Source: Botryllus schlosseri (taxonomy: Eukaryota). Taken from it: a DNA stretch of 64,000 nt. Positions within the stretch are counted from its first letter, which is position 1, and each line of letters starts with the position of its first letter. Where the stretch lies: contig CM119373.1 of assembly GCA_051294905.1 (NCBI GenBank), forward strand, positions 30,876,001-30,940,000. The letters run 5' to 3'. Below, piece by piece: positions 12,766 to 24,379 of the stretch. The position numbers and the translations under genes are program-made. A model generated the notes under the pieces. The model saw nothing but the letters and a program-made list of their open reading frames with translations, was not told the origin of the DNA and made no database searches.

Positions 12766-14949
12766 CCCTATACAGTGCACAGTGGTAGCATTTCCCGTTC
12801 AACGTTTGCAAGGAGATGGATTTTTTCAACAGTATTGGTGCTTGTACTTGCATATTCTGCCCATCGTCCTATCTCACCGTCATACGTGATCAGATTTGCC
12901 TGATGGAATTGATATGACTTCGAAAATTCGCGGCATGTAATGGTGCAATAAATCTTTCGTAATGTTCATGCCACGCGAAGAAGACGATTCGTTAGTTTCT
13001 CACAGATAAACTTCGAGCTAGCCCATTGTTATTTATAACTTTGTTAAACCATGTTGTTTCGCCGTTCCCAGAAAAGATTGCGCTATTGAAATGATATCAG
13101 TATCGCTCACGCGTACGAGACCATAATAAAAGAAAAATCTCGTTCGTGAGGTGCACGTCATTGCAAATTATGAGTTCTTCACAGAGCGCAATATTTACCT
13201 TTACGGGCCGCACTTGTACCTCGGTTTTAGACTTCGGCGACAACACTATTTTACCCTGGCAATGTCCCCTCTAATTTTTCACGAGTCTGCTCGCTTGCGC
13301 GGTCCCTTGAAGAACATTGCGCAACGATTAAAAAAAATCATCACTTCGGATTTTTTGTGCGCAGCTTAGATTTTCTGTGCGCAGAGACCGTTTCAGCACT
13401 GCGCATTTGCGCACGTGCGCAGCTTAGAGGGAACATTGCTTGTGGGTGATATCGACAACGCTGGGAACCACTACAGACGTTCCTGGCCATGCACGCGAAC
13501 GCGACCTGAATGCAGATCTGCGATGCGATGATGGGTGCTGACCCAGGTAGCACGACTACTTGGGTACCGGAAGGTATCAAAATGGGACGAGGTGCGGTTA
13601 CCAAGTGGGGAAACCAATCATTACCCGTACCTTTTTGGCCCCATATTACAGAGGTATTTTCTGTGGCACCATGTGGGTTACCCATTCATTTATGTGGGGA
13701 TCCCACGCTTAGACCTCAATCCACCCACTACAGTCGTAACTGATCTAATCATATCATATGAACCATCATCTATCACTTACATACCAGGGAACCCATATTA
13801 ATAATAAAAAGGCTCACACAGTTACCTGGAACATTGGTATATTGCAAACGAACTACAAACGAAAATACCAAAATTGGCATATTGCAAGCAAACGAAGATG
13901 ACAGGCTTGCACAGTTATCTGAAACCAGACTTGGACAACTATAGCAATCGAATATAATTTGGAGCGACATGCCAGTATTCAAATTTTAATGTGGTTTGGA
14001 AAAAAACTGTAGGACTAATTCTAATCTAATCTGGAAAAGCTGAAAATGTTTTAGTTGTCCAAGTCTGTCTGGTAAATTCATTCACACATTGCAAATAATA
14101 AACAAAACAAACGAAAATGTACAAATATACAATAGACTAGCAGTGGTGCACAAGTTTGACAGGGCTGTTTATTAATTCTTTTACAAATTTCAATGGCTAC
14201 TTGATAAATTGTTAGTTGGCTGCATACCAAATTTGGTTCAATTCCTACCTGTAATCGCATTGCTACAGGGGAAAGTTTTGGATTGATTATATAATATCTA
14301 AATAATATTTCTTTCCAATTATTCTGTCTGCTTTATGAAACTGTTAGGTGGTCACCATAGATACCAATTATTTTATTTGCATTCAAATTTTTGTAACGCA
14401 GTAACTACGCTTCCAGTTCCACTGTTTTAAATGGAGCCGTATATGATGTTGAGAGTTTCTTAGCCAACCTAACAATTTTATCGAGTAGCCAGTGAAATTG
14501 TTAAAAAAAAGTCATTTTTCAACAGCGATCATGTTCAATCGTTCATACTCCCTCAGAGGTGGCGCAGATTTTCAAATCACAAGATGTTTCTTCGCGAGCG
14601 ACTAAACAAAAATGACTAGTGACACCATAAATTGACTGGTACAATACTTGAAAATACATTCAAGAAGTACTGCTATAGCTATTTGACATGTTTATGCTGA
14701 TTTGACACACACTATAAGTGGTCATTCAACACCTAGAATTGGTGTGAACGTATACCAAAACTCCTTGAAACTTTGCAACCACTATGAATAACTGTTCAAG
14801 TAGAAATATCAAAAAAATTGATAATCGAATCAAGTACACATAATCCGTCGTTTCGAAAGAGTAAAAATACTTGTTACTGACCACCACTGTCAGTATGTCC
14901 TAGCACCGAAGCGGCCAGATGAGTGCTCAATTCTATGAAATGATTGATA

Positions 14950-16799
14950 TCATTCTGCGTTGCTTTTTTCTATTTCTGGTTGAAGACGATTGCAATCCTG
15001 TGTCGCTCCTGGGTATGAATTCTTCTGTGTCATGAATCTTGAACCACCGGCACGATCTCTTGAATTGGTGATCCACTTTCGCATGGCACGTTCAATATCT
15101 TTTTCGGTGCAATCTTTTGTGTTGATGTTCATCTTGACTGCAGCTGTCGAAGGTAAATCAATTCATAACCGATTAAAAGACATAAAAATTACTCGGGTAT
15201 TACCAAAAACGCCTTTAAAAATCATTGTGTTCTTCAGCTTAAATTTATCATTTCGTCCGAAAACGCTACAGCGATTTGCGAATTCGTTCTTCAATAATCT
15301 CGGCATTACCCGTCTCATGAAGTCATCGGAAGTATCGCCACCAATATTAGCCATAGTCTTCACCTGTACGAACGTACGAGTTAGTACGGATCTTTGTTTG
15401 CAAAAGCAAAAGTTTACCATCCGTTCAAAAACTCCCGGCTCACTTGCAAAAAGCTGATCCAAATTCTGTAGTTTTTCACCGTCTTGTATTGGAAACACTG
15501 AAGGCAGTTCTGATGTCATAGACGCGTTGAAGTATGGCAGAATCAGCTCCATGAAATGTTCTATTCTCTGGATGCTACGCGACATTCGATTGACGTCAGA
15601 TTGAAGATTCACCAATCTGCGACCCATGGTTTTCGATTCAGCCGATATAACTGTAACATAAAATAATATTTTTAAATATTATGCATCTGCTGAGTATCAA
15701 GACAACACACACCAGGATTGTATTGATTGTTGAGGATATAACTGAGGAGGGCACTTCTTCACCATTATCAATATCAGTGTTGTCGAGGAACCGATCAGGT
15801 TCATTGTATTGCCTGTCCGAACAGCGAGACTTGGTGAATGATGCGGGTACTTCCTCACTATGATCATCTTCCCTGTCACCGAGGGAAAGGACAGACTGAC
15901 TATGTTGCCCCTCCAAGTAGCAATACTTTTTTGCTGAAAAATGATAAAGCATTGTGCTAGCCATCAAGTTACCGAATCAGAAATGGGATAATTGATTTGA
16001 TCTGTACCTGACTTCTTAGAATTATTTGGTCGCCACACAGGTGGTGGACATATGATCGGGCTATCATCATCATCGGTGTCACTGCTTGTCTCTTCTATCA
16101 ATCTTCTCTTCCGAGAAGGGATCACTCTGAAACAAAAATGGGATATTGACCGACTAAGTATGCAGGGCAGACATACCAAGATAACGGTGGGAAATAAGTG
16201 AAGTATGGAGTTATATAACGCAATTTTTTGACCATTACCGATGTCTAAAGATGAAAACTGCCACCATCTGAAAGCGCTGCGTCGACATATATTTTCAAAA
16301 GTCGAAAAAAGGAGAAAGACTTATCACCACCATTTTTTGGTTTGTTTGAAATTTGTAGACCTGTGTTATCATTAGTCATATTTTGAAGTTCCATTCCATA
16401 GAGAAGACTTTTAAGAGTATTTTGCTTTACTTCCGTTTAGCTGGAAGTGCTCCAGCAGATTCCGAAAGCTCGCAATCCGTCTGCCTCAGAGATCTTTGCA
16501 ATTTCTTGTTTGCCTCTGCATAGTCATCTAGAAAATGTAATACAGTATACGCAAGGATAGGTCAATCCAATACGCGTACGAAACATACTAGTTTCGGCCA
16601 AAATTTTAACGGCGTGCAATGCCCAGGTTTTTTCAGGATCTCTGAACTTTTTCAGCAACTTGTCAATTTTGTTAGATGACATTTTCGAGGGCCAGGAGCA
16701 TCGGCCATTTTTTCCAAGCCATGTCTTTGGCACGACAGCTGCCGACACCTTGTCCTTGCTGTCTAGGAATTCAACCACACAATATACTTTCTTCGACAT
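14950..16799 (-). CDS. Spliced accessory gene of the EnSpm element (TnpA-like, C-terminal DUF4806-like domain)
   Basis: Starts MSKKVYCVVEF...VVPKTWL...SWP (ATG 16799). In-phase GT-AG introns at 16588-16528, 16430-16127, 15417-15364 and 15203-15144. C-terminus IGGDTSDDFMRRVMPRLL...SVFGRNDKFKL...AAVK...DIERAMRKWITNSRDRAGG. Exon phase between ~15650 and 15950 is unresolved. Confidence 0.65.
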
Positions 16800-17861
16800 T
16801 ACGATTATGGATCTGTCAAAAACAACAAGATGCATGTTCTCAATACTGTCACAGGGAAAACCTATATGTGAGGTGGGTACGACACTACCACGTGGCAAGA
16901 AATGATTAGGCGTTGGGCCTATAACTGAAGATCCGATTTTTTAAATACTTTTAGCGCACACATATCATATGGATTGATGAATCAAAGGGAAAACCACGTA
17001 CGCATCATTGACATCATTCGCATCAGGCAAGACTACCAGCTTGTGACTGATATCTGTTATACTCGCGGTATGCAGATTTGACGATAAACGGTTTACCCGT
17101 TTAATCCCAATCAAGGTCGAATCAAACGGACGGTCGAAGAATTTCTCAGAATGTCGAAATATTTGATATACTACTAAACCACTGGAGCCTCCGGAGGAAT
17201 TTTACAAATATTCTGAATCATACATATTTTGTTATGAATATTCACACAATTGTCCCCTTCATTCAAGGAAAAGGACAGAGCATCAGATCGAAACCGACGG
17301 AATTGTCTATGGCCCTCCGATCTGGGTCCAGAATAGTACTCTTGACAAAACTGAGGAGTCAATGCTTCATCATGCCCAGGCCCACTATCCCTCTCAGAGT
17401 TTTCTTTCTCATTAATTCGACGAAGAATTTGGGCAATTGGATTGCGCGAGCTCCGAACCAAGCCCTTCAACTTTCCAAGCATGGATTCAAAAGGAAAGCA
17501 GGATATGTTTTGTAATGACCCATAGCGCTTCGCATCGGCAACAAGATGGATTACGCTGTGAACGTTATAAACCAATGACTCCTTTCCATATATGCAGGAA
17601 AATTCTTGAACAAAAATCTTTAGAAGGCACTCGATGTAGTCATAGTCCAAACCATGCGCGTTGTCATGTAGTAAGCACCGAATGCAAACCGACAAAAGCA
17701 GGAAATTTCTATATATTTTCTTTTTCAAAATTCCCTTGAGACATACTGGACCAGTATATAGGAATTGGCGAAATTCCGTTGCTTTCCACAACTTTGATTC
17801 AAGGAGCGATCTTGGCTTCCGAGAAAATTCCTGTGATAAATGTGGCCTTAAACTCAACAGC

Positions 17862-18106
17862 TGTGGTGATTTATGCATCCACTAGGTGTCTATCTTTGCG
17901 TCATTTCCTTTCGTAATTATTTCGTCTGTTTGTCCTTCAGTTCGTTGATCATTCTGGTTTAGGGCGTTTCGAGAGTAGCATGTGTTTCCTGATTTACTTG
18001 TATTTAAACGTTTCTATTCTTTGTAGCTTAGTCTACACTTTTAGTCAATAAAAGCCTAGAAAACCGTGTGTATATCAAGAGGGTTTTTTCTCGAAAGGTC
18101 ACGGCA
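17862..18106 (+). repeat. 5' LTR (245 bp)
   Basis: TGTGGTG...CACGGCA. Contains TATTTAAA (18001) and AATAAA (18047). Differs from the 3' LTR at 2 positions by eye. Confidence 0.97.
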
Positions 18107-18107
18107 A

Positions 18108-18122
18108 TTTTATTGACTAAAA
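18108..18122 (+). promoter_or_regulatory. Putative self-priming primer-binding site
   Basis: TTTTATTGACTAAAA lies 1 nt after the 5' LTR and is the exact reverse complement of LTR 18039-18053 (TTTTAGTCAATAAAA). No TGG-type tRNA PBS is present. Confidence 0.75.
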
Positions 18123-18131
18123 CCGGAGATC

Positions 18132-20666
18132 ATGGCTGGTTCTCAAGAGAAGTACATCCGAGTGCCAATACTTGAAATCCTTCCAAGTGCTCAAGATTCG
18201 CTAAAGGTCTTCAATCACTGGGAAAAGATGCTCAACAATTTCATCAATGCAGTTGAGGCTTCGACGACGCAGGCTCCGTCTAACTCCGACGAAAACCCTC
18301 CCGCCTTGGTTCTCGATAAATTGGCGATCCTTACAGGGTATGTATCTCCTGACGTCTATGCATTAATCGAACATCTGGACACCTTCACAGCGGCCATTGA
18401 TGTGCTCAAGTCCCTATATCGAAAGAAGAGGTTGGTAATCGATTATTCACAAACAATCAATAGGTTTACTCCTCTTGATGCGTACCCGTTGCCAAAAATA
18501 GAGAATATAGTGAATGAAGTGGCGAAAGGGATGGTATATAGCACTATTGATCTAAAGTCTGCTTACCACCAGGTGCCACTATCTGTATCCGATAGGCCAT
18601 ATACTGCTTTTGAAGCTGATGGATCATTGTATCAATTTTGCCGTTTGCCCTTCGGAATAACCAATGGTGTAGCTGCGTTTCAGCGTTTCATTGACAATTT
18701 CATTGCTGAACACGACCTAAAAGGTACCGTTGCTTATCTTGATAACGTCACGATTTACGGAGAAAATCAAAAAGAGCATGATGAGAGGCTTCATGCTTTC
18801 ATGTTGGCTGCGACGAATTGCCAATTAACACTCAATCGTGATAAATGTCTGTTCTCTGTTTCAAAACTTTCGTTACTTGGACATTTGATATCACATAATC
18901 GAATTCAGCCAGATCCTGAACATCTGAAACCATTACTTGAAATGCCAGTTCCTAACGATAATCGCAGTTTGAAACGCTTCATGGGAATTTTGGCATACTA
19001 TTCAAAGTGGATTCCCTCTTTCTCCAGTAAAATCAAACCACTATGTCAAAATTGCGAATTTCCGTTGATTGGTCTTCAGCTTGAAGCCATCAGTAAATTG
19101 AAAGGTGACTTATTACGAGCCTGTCTAAGTTGTATTTATGGCGATGAACCTTTCCAAGTGGAATGTGATGCGTCAGATCTCGCGATCGGAGCTATCTTAA
19201 GCCAGCGGGGCAGACCTGTCGCTTTCATGTCCCGAACATTGTCTAAAAGCGAGATGAAATATCCAGCTGTAGAGAAAGAGGCGCTGGCAATTATAGAATC
19301 TGTCAGAAAATGGGGATATCTTTTGATTAGAAACAAGTTTCGCTTAATCACCGACCAGAAGGCGCTTTCATTTATATTTCGAAAAAGTCACCCGAGCAAA
19401 ATCAAGAACAGCAAGTTATCTATTTGGAAATTAGAACTCAGCTCGTTCAAGTATGAAATTTTTCATCGCCCCGGTGAGGAACATGTGGGGGCAAATGCTC
19501 TTTCTCGGCTGTGTTCCATTTCATCGTCGTCTGGAATGTCGTTACAGCAGATTCATGAAGCTTTGAGTCACCCTGGAGTCCGCAGGCTTCATCACTTTGT
19601 TCGTGCGAAAAACCTGCCTTTTTCCATGGAGGATGTCAAAAACATCTGTTCCAATTGTTCTGTCTGCTCCGAATGTAAACCGCGTTTCTTTAAATCCAAC
19701 CAAGTGAATCATCTAGTCAAAGCCACGAGACCCTGGGAGCGTATAAGCATTGATTTCAAAGGTCCAGTCTCAGGACCCAAACGTTTCATACTCGTTATAA
19801 TCGACGAGTATAGTCGATTTCCATTCGCCTATGCGTGTCGTGACATGACTTCTGCGACTGTTATCAAGTGCCTCTCTTCATTGTTTTCCCTTGTTGGACT
19901 CCCCGAATACGTCCACAGTGATCGAGGTACATCATTTCTATCGAAAGACGTAACGGTATTTCTGACTCGTAAAGGTGTTGCTGCGACAAGCAAATCAACA
20001 CCCTACCATCCAACTGGCAATGCTCAATGCGAACGTTTGAATCAAACCTTCTGGAAAGCAATTAAACTGCGTTTAGCAACTCAAAAATTACCTGAACGTT
20101 TGTGGGAACAAGTCCTTCCTGATGCTTTGCATTCGATAAGATCGTTACTCTGCACCTCTACTAACTGTTGTCCTCATGACAGATTTTTCAGCTTTGAACG
20201 GAGATCCAGGTTAGGTGTGTCGATACCTGATTGGCTCCTGGGCGGTGGCACTGTGCTGCTACGGAACTTCGTTCGCAACAAGAGTGATCCTGAAGTCGTC
20301 AGAGTAGAACTTCTAGATGCTAACACCAAATATGCTTTGATTCGTCACAGGAACGGGACGGAATCAACGGTATCGGTCAAGGACCTGGCCCCCTGTCCAC
20401 CTAAAGAGGGCACGAATACGTCTGATTTCTCCCCTGACGAACCTGTGGTCGACATGAGCCCTGAAGAATTCAGTAATCAGAATCGTTCAGCTTGGGCACC
20501 CTCAGATCAGCATTCTAGTTCTCCAGTCGCTGTTCGAAAAGACTCTTTCGATACGTCTATCTGTGGATATGACAACGATTCTCATATATCTGCTGAAGAG
20601 CCACCTGTCAGGAGGTCGTCAAGAATAAGACGTACGCCGGACTGGTACGGTGATCGCAGAACTTGA
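18132..20666 (+). CDS. Truncated gag fused in frame to pol (RT core, RNase H, integrase); no protease (844 aa)
   Basis: ~97 aa of gag-like N-terminus, then RLVIDYSQTINRF, IDLKSAYHQ, LPFGITNGVAAFQR and AYLDNV (RT); ECDASDLAIGAILSQ (RNase H); H-H-C-C zinc motif and IDF...HSDRG...NAQCERLN (integrase DDE). Confidence 0.93.
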   Translation: MAGSQEKYIRVPILEILPSAQDSLKVFNHWEKMLNNFINAVEASTTQAPSNSDENPPALVLDKLAILTGYVSPDVYALIEHLDTFTAAIDVLKSLYRKKRLVIDYSQTINRFTPLDAYPLPKIENIVNEVAKGMVYSTIDLKSAYHQVPLSVSDRPYTAFEADGSLYQFCRLPFGITNGVAAFQRFIDNFIAEHDLKGTVAYLDNVTIYGENQKEHDERLHAFMLAATNCQLTLNRDKCLFSVSKLSLLGHLISHNRIQPDPEHLKPLLEMPVPNDNRSLKRFMGILAYYSKWIPSFSSKIKPLCQNCEFPLIGLQLEAISKLKGDLLRACLSCIYGDEPFQVECDASDLAIGAILSQRGRPVAFMSRTLSKSEMKYPAVEKEALAIIESVRKWGYLLIRNKFRLITDQKALSFIFRKSHPSKIKNSKLSIWKLELSSFKYEIFHRPGEEHVGANALSRLCSISSSSGMSLQQIHEALSHPGVRRLHHFVRAKNLPFSMEDVKNICSNCSVCSECKPRFFKSNQVNHLVKATRPWERISIDFKGPVSGPKRFILVIIDEYSRFPFAYACRDMTSATVIKCLSSLFSLVGLPEYVHSDRGTSFLSKDVTVFLTRKGVAATSKSTPYHPTGNAQCERLNQTFWKAIKLRLATQKLPERLWEQVLPDALHSIRSLLCTSTNCCPHDRFFSFERRSRLGVSIPDWLLGGGTVLLRNFVRNKSDPEVVRVELLDANTKYALIRHRNGTESTVSVKDLAPCPPKEGTNTSDFSPDEPVVDMSPEEFSNQNRSAWAPSDQHSSSPVAVRKDSFDTSICGYDNDSHISAEEPPVRRSSRIRRTPDWYGDRRT

Positions 20667-20691
20667 CTGCTTTACATGGGGTTAATTCTTT

Positions 20692-20703
20692 AGGCCGGGG
20701 AGA
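20692..20703 (+). promoter_or_regulatory. Polypurine tract
   Basis: AGGCCGGGGAGA lies 1 nt upstream of the 3' LTR. Confidence 0.7.
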
Positions 20704-20704
20704 T

Positions 20705-20949
20705 TGTGGTGATTTATGCATCCACTAGGTGTCTATCTTTGCGTCATTTCCTTTCGTAATTATTTCGTCTGTTTGTCCTTCAGTTAGTTGATCATTCTGG
20801 TTTAGGGCGTTTCGAGAGTAGCATGTGTTTCCTGATTTACTTGTATTTAAACGTTTCTATTCTTTGTAGCTTAGTCTACACTTTTAGTCAATAAAAGCCT
20901 AGAAAACCGTGTGTATATCAAGAGGGTTTTTTCTCGAAAGGTCACGACA
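20705..20949 (+). repeat. 3' LTR (245 bp)
   Basis: TGTGGTG...CACGACA, followed by TSD acagc. Confidence 0.97.
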
Positions 20950-23541
20950 ACAGCGTATCGGAAATCTTCTTGATATCCCTGGCATGCAGTCTGACTGTCA
21001 ACGGGCCGGGTGGAAATACCCAATAATGCAGTATTTTCCGTACAACGCCCAAGCATATCAAATGCTGATAGTCCAAAACAACCTGCGACACCATGCCGAT
21101 ACCGAGTTCCACCAAAGGCGATTGCTGCAGATGGTGGTTTTCATCTTCCATCGTGCAGAAGGATTCGTCAGTGCGGAGTGTTGCATTAAGTTCTGGAAAG
21201 ATCATTCTACCTTCAAATTCGCCTTCTTGTATGCAACGCTCACATGAGCTGTACCCACTATGCCCCTTTATTCCTTTGATAAAACTTCGTGCTTGTGAGT
21301 CACATATAACAGCATTGATCGCCACCTGATATGTCTTTTCCTGAATCGTCATTCCATTAACCATAAGATCTTGCATTTCTTCGACAAAGTCTTTTAAATA
21401 TTCTGCTATTGATGATGGGTTTCCGGGTCCATAAAATATGGCCACGACAAATGGATCGAATCCTTTCAACTCTTTTACTTGAGCAAGAATGGGCCAAAGG
21501 GATGATCTTGCACTTTTGAAAAGAGGTATTCCATCCACATTAACATCAATGGTGATTTGCTGTATGCTCCTCGCCAGTACTGCTCCTTCAATAGCCTTTT
21601 GCAGGCATATGTAACGATATAAACCTCCTGACACATTTTTAATTTCATAGTCGTCCGTTCTCATTGTTTTCAGCAACGTTCGGGGGTCCTTTGGCAAATC
21701 TGATTGAGTGTGAATGCGGAGTATCATCAGCAATTCACGAAATGCACAATGCGTTATATTATGCTTACATGCCCAGTCCCGAAGTAGTGCGGATAAATTA
21801 CCAACTTTTCGACTATCAGGTGACTCCTCTTCTGAACTAGACCAGTCGGCAACATCATCCATTTGAGTAAACGTATTGGCATCAATATGTGAAGTACTGG
21901 TGACTTGAAAGACACCATCATTGGAATGATCATGACGAATAGTGGGGTTCCATTGTGTATCATATTCATCAGGGTAACCACATCGATCTGAGCTATCACG
22001 ATGCCTCTCAGCCTGTTCCAAGCTATCAGAGGGTCCTCTTGCCACCTCAGCTTGAATTTCACCAAGGTAAATTTCATAAGCCTGTTTTCTTCTCCGACTC
22101 CGCGTTCTTTTAGGTATATCCATTACTGATCAATCAAATATTCACGAACTATACTGTAAACAACTGTTGCAGTCAGTTTTTTTTTTGGAAAACATTGACA
22201 CATATGTTTGGTAATTCAACTCGACTTCCAAAAAGTGAAATCACTTTTTTCCAAAAGGTTGAACAAATTGAGCATCAGGTCAACACAGTGGTGTAGCCTA
22301 TTCAGTCGATATTATAGGGTCATCTTAATCAATCAACCATGATCGCCAAGCTAACGATTACAGAAGCGTACACGAACATATGATTTTCAGCATCTTTCCG
22401 AACCGTATGACTGACCCTACAGCACGCGCGATGATAACTATACCTTGTTCGAAGCAGGGGCGTTCAGTCAGCTATATACCAGGCTATAAACTGGGAAGAT
22501 AATAACTTCAGCGTCAGAAAACTGACGCACTTCATCGATAGTAGGAAGACATCGCGAAGTGAATACCATAATCACCACCAATACATGTTCTCCATGAGGG
22601 GTTCTAGTTCATTACATGACTGCCCCAATTTTAATCGAGTGATTAAAATGAAGCATATTGAATCAATAGGTCAAGTCAACTCATGCAAAATCATCATCAC
22701 AAACGATGGAAAACATAAGCGGGTGGAATCAAGGCTGTAGGCTCGTGTCGCTAGGACATGCTTGGCAATATGTGATGCAGGAGCGAACTGATGATAATCA
22801 GATGATGGTATTTCATCATTTTGAAAACACGAATAGATTGCGATTTAATGAAAAAATAGAAAGGTACTGAAACGATATGAAGCAGTCATTAAAGCTGGAC
22901 AGTCGGACACCCAGCTACCAATAGCCATAAGACGGTGTAAAGAAGCACTAACGTCGTAATATGGCACATTGCAATATGTACATTGTATGATAGACACTGA
23001 ATATAAAGAAACAGAAGTGAAGGGAAGATAGCCTAATGAAGTGGCATGTTTCGGAATGATAGCTCGATACCACGGCGTATTTCATTATCGAATATATTCG
23101 ACATATTGATAAAAAGTTTTTTGAATCAAGAGGCAAAGTCAATACATGCATCCATGGAAAAACACGAGTATATGAAATCAAAATAGGCTTGCGTCAGTAG
23201 GATGGAGATTGACGATATCAATGTGATCTTGGAAGGAACTTTCAGATAGCACGTAAAACTACGCCAAACTGAGAAAAGGCGATATACCCTTTGAGGAATG
23301 ATGATTTTTAACAGATTCCACAGAAAACGGATTACATCAGAAAATTTGGAGGCAGCCTTGGTCTCGTATTCGCCATCCCAATAATATATATTGATATAAT
23401 CGAATATATCCATAGTATATGTCCGTGCTGGAGAAGTCTTGTAATGAACTAGAATCCCTCATACCTCACTCGCAAACGAAATATCCGACACTTTTTGTCT
23501 TGGCAATTGGAAATGATGGATGTTTTAGATAGGTGCTAAAG

Positions 23542-24266
23542 CAGGGCCGGCCAACCCGTGGCCCGCGAGAAGGTTTTGAGTGGCCCGCGAGGTACTTTCC
23601 GAAATTTTTAATATCATCAAAAATGGATTGCACAGATTTGGAACTTGTAAGGCCAACCAAAAATTTGATTAGTCTGGCCGCAACACTTGAGATGTTATGG
23701 CTAAAATATCAGTTCCGGAGATGTTATGGCTAAAATATCAGTTCCGACGCATTGACAGATCCATCGGCCATTCACATATTGGTATATATCGTCTTACACT
23801 ACAATAAAGCAGAATAATTTGTGATAGATGTATCAAAGGTAAAAAATTTCTACAAGCTTAGTGCAATATGTTGTCACTCGATTGCTTGTTTTTAATATTG
23901 TTGCCATTTTGTGAAAATGGAAGAACACCTAATGTATCAGATTGAGTAACTATATTCGCGATTACGAGACAAAGTGTCGTTCACCTTGCGTTTGCGCTCG
24001 CAGTAAGACCGTAGACTTTGAAACCTAGGCACGAAATGCTTGACCCATCTTGGTCGCAGCTTTTGATATCGATATGTCAATGCGCCGAATATCCCAGTCC
24101 TCGCAAACTTAGCCGAGCGATATACAGCAGGCCCGCAATATAATCAAATGACAACATTATTGATCTATGAAATTCAAACAATTTTCGCGCTTCACGCGGA
24201 TAGTAGCCCGCGCAAAAGTTCGTAAATCGAATGTGGCCCTTTGGCCAAAAAGGTTGGCCAGCCCTG
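23542..24266. mobile_element. hAT MITE with CAGGGCCGGCCAACC termini
   Basis: TIRs CAGGGCCGGCCAACC / GGTTGGCCAGCCCTG, perfect TSD tgctaaag, and an internal 29-bp tandem duplication at 23689-23746. Confidence 0.88.
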
Positions 24267-24379
24267 TGCTAAAGTGTACTGAATGTAATTGCTAAAACGT
24301 ACTGAATGTAATGAATGAATGAATGTTCACAACCCCACGTTTAAGGTACAATCAGCAAGATATGCGCCAGAGATTAACG

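Larger units (their letters stand above)
9849..13438 (+). mobile_element. Long CAATGTTCCCTCT-terminus hAT-type element, copy 1, carrying nested MITEs
   Basis: TIRs CAATGTTCCCTCT / AGAGGGAACATTG and perfect TSD cttgtggg (9841-9848, 13439-13446). The first ~400 bp and last ~490 bp are homologous to 33425-34934. Confidence 0.85.
17862..20949 (+). mobile_element. Ty3/Gypsy LTR retrotransposon, internally deleted, recent insertion (3088 bp)
   Basis: Two 245-bp TG...CA LTRs, 5-bp TSD acagc (17857-17861, 20950-20954), RT-RNaseH-integrase order, and a PPT before the 3' LTR. Confidence 0.97.
16965..22123 (-). pseudogene. EnSpm/CACTA-type transposase interrupted by a Gypsy insertion and a frameshift
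   Basis: Motifs VDGIPLFKS..SLWPIL, ICDSQARSFIK..KGH.GY..CERC, LDYQHLICLGV, WKATEFRQF, YNVH..IHL and FPFES.LG. Removing 17862-20949 and one TSD restores ISDTLL-SLRPHL in frame. A frameshift near 17177 leads into LVYQIF...VVFPLIHQSI* (stop 16965). Confidence 0.9.

Noticed and set aside
17174-17878. 234-aa ORF and 393-aa ORF (20942-22123) as two separate genes
   Set aside because: They are halves of one transposase split by the Gypsy insertion. The GTG start and the short stop-proximal tail come from LTR sequence.
18107-18125. Canonical tRNA primer-binding site
   Set aside because: It does not begin with TGG (the complement of tRNA CCA), and a perfect intramolecular partner exists in the LTR.
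22948-23413. ORFs upstream of the transposase as a captured enzyme gene (VFFHGCMY resembles a Vsr-type motif)
   Set aside because: The resemblance is a few residues, is followed by a stop and has no supporting motifs in any frame.
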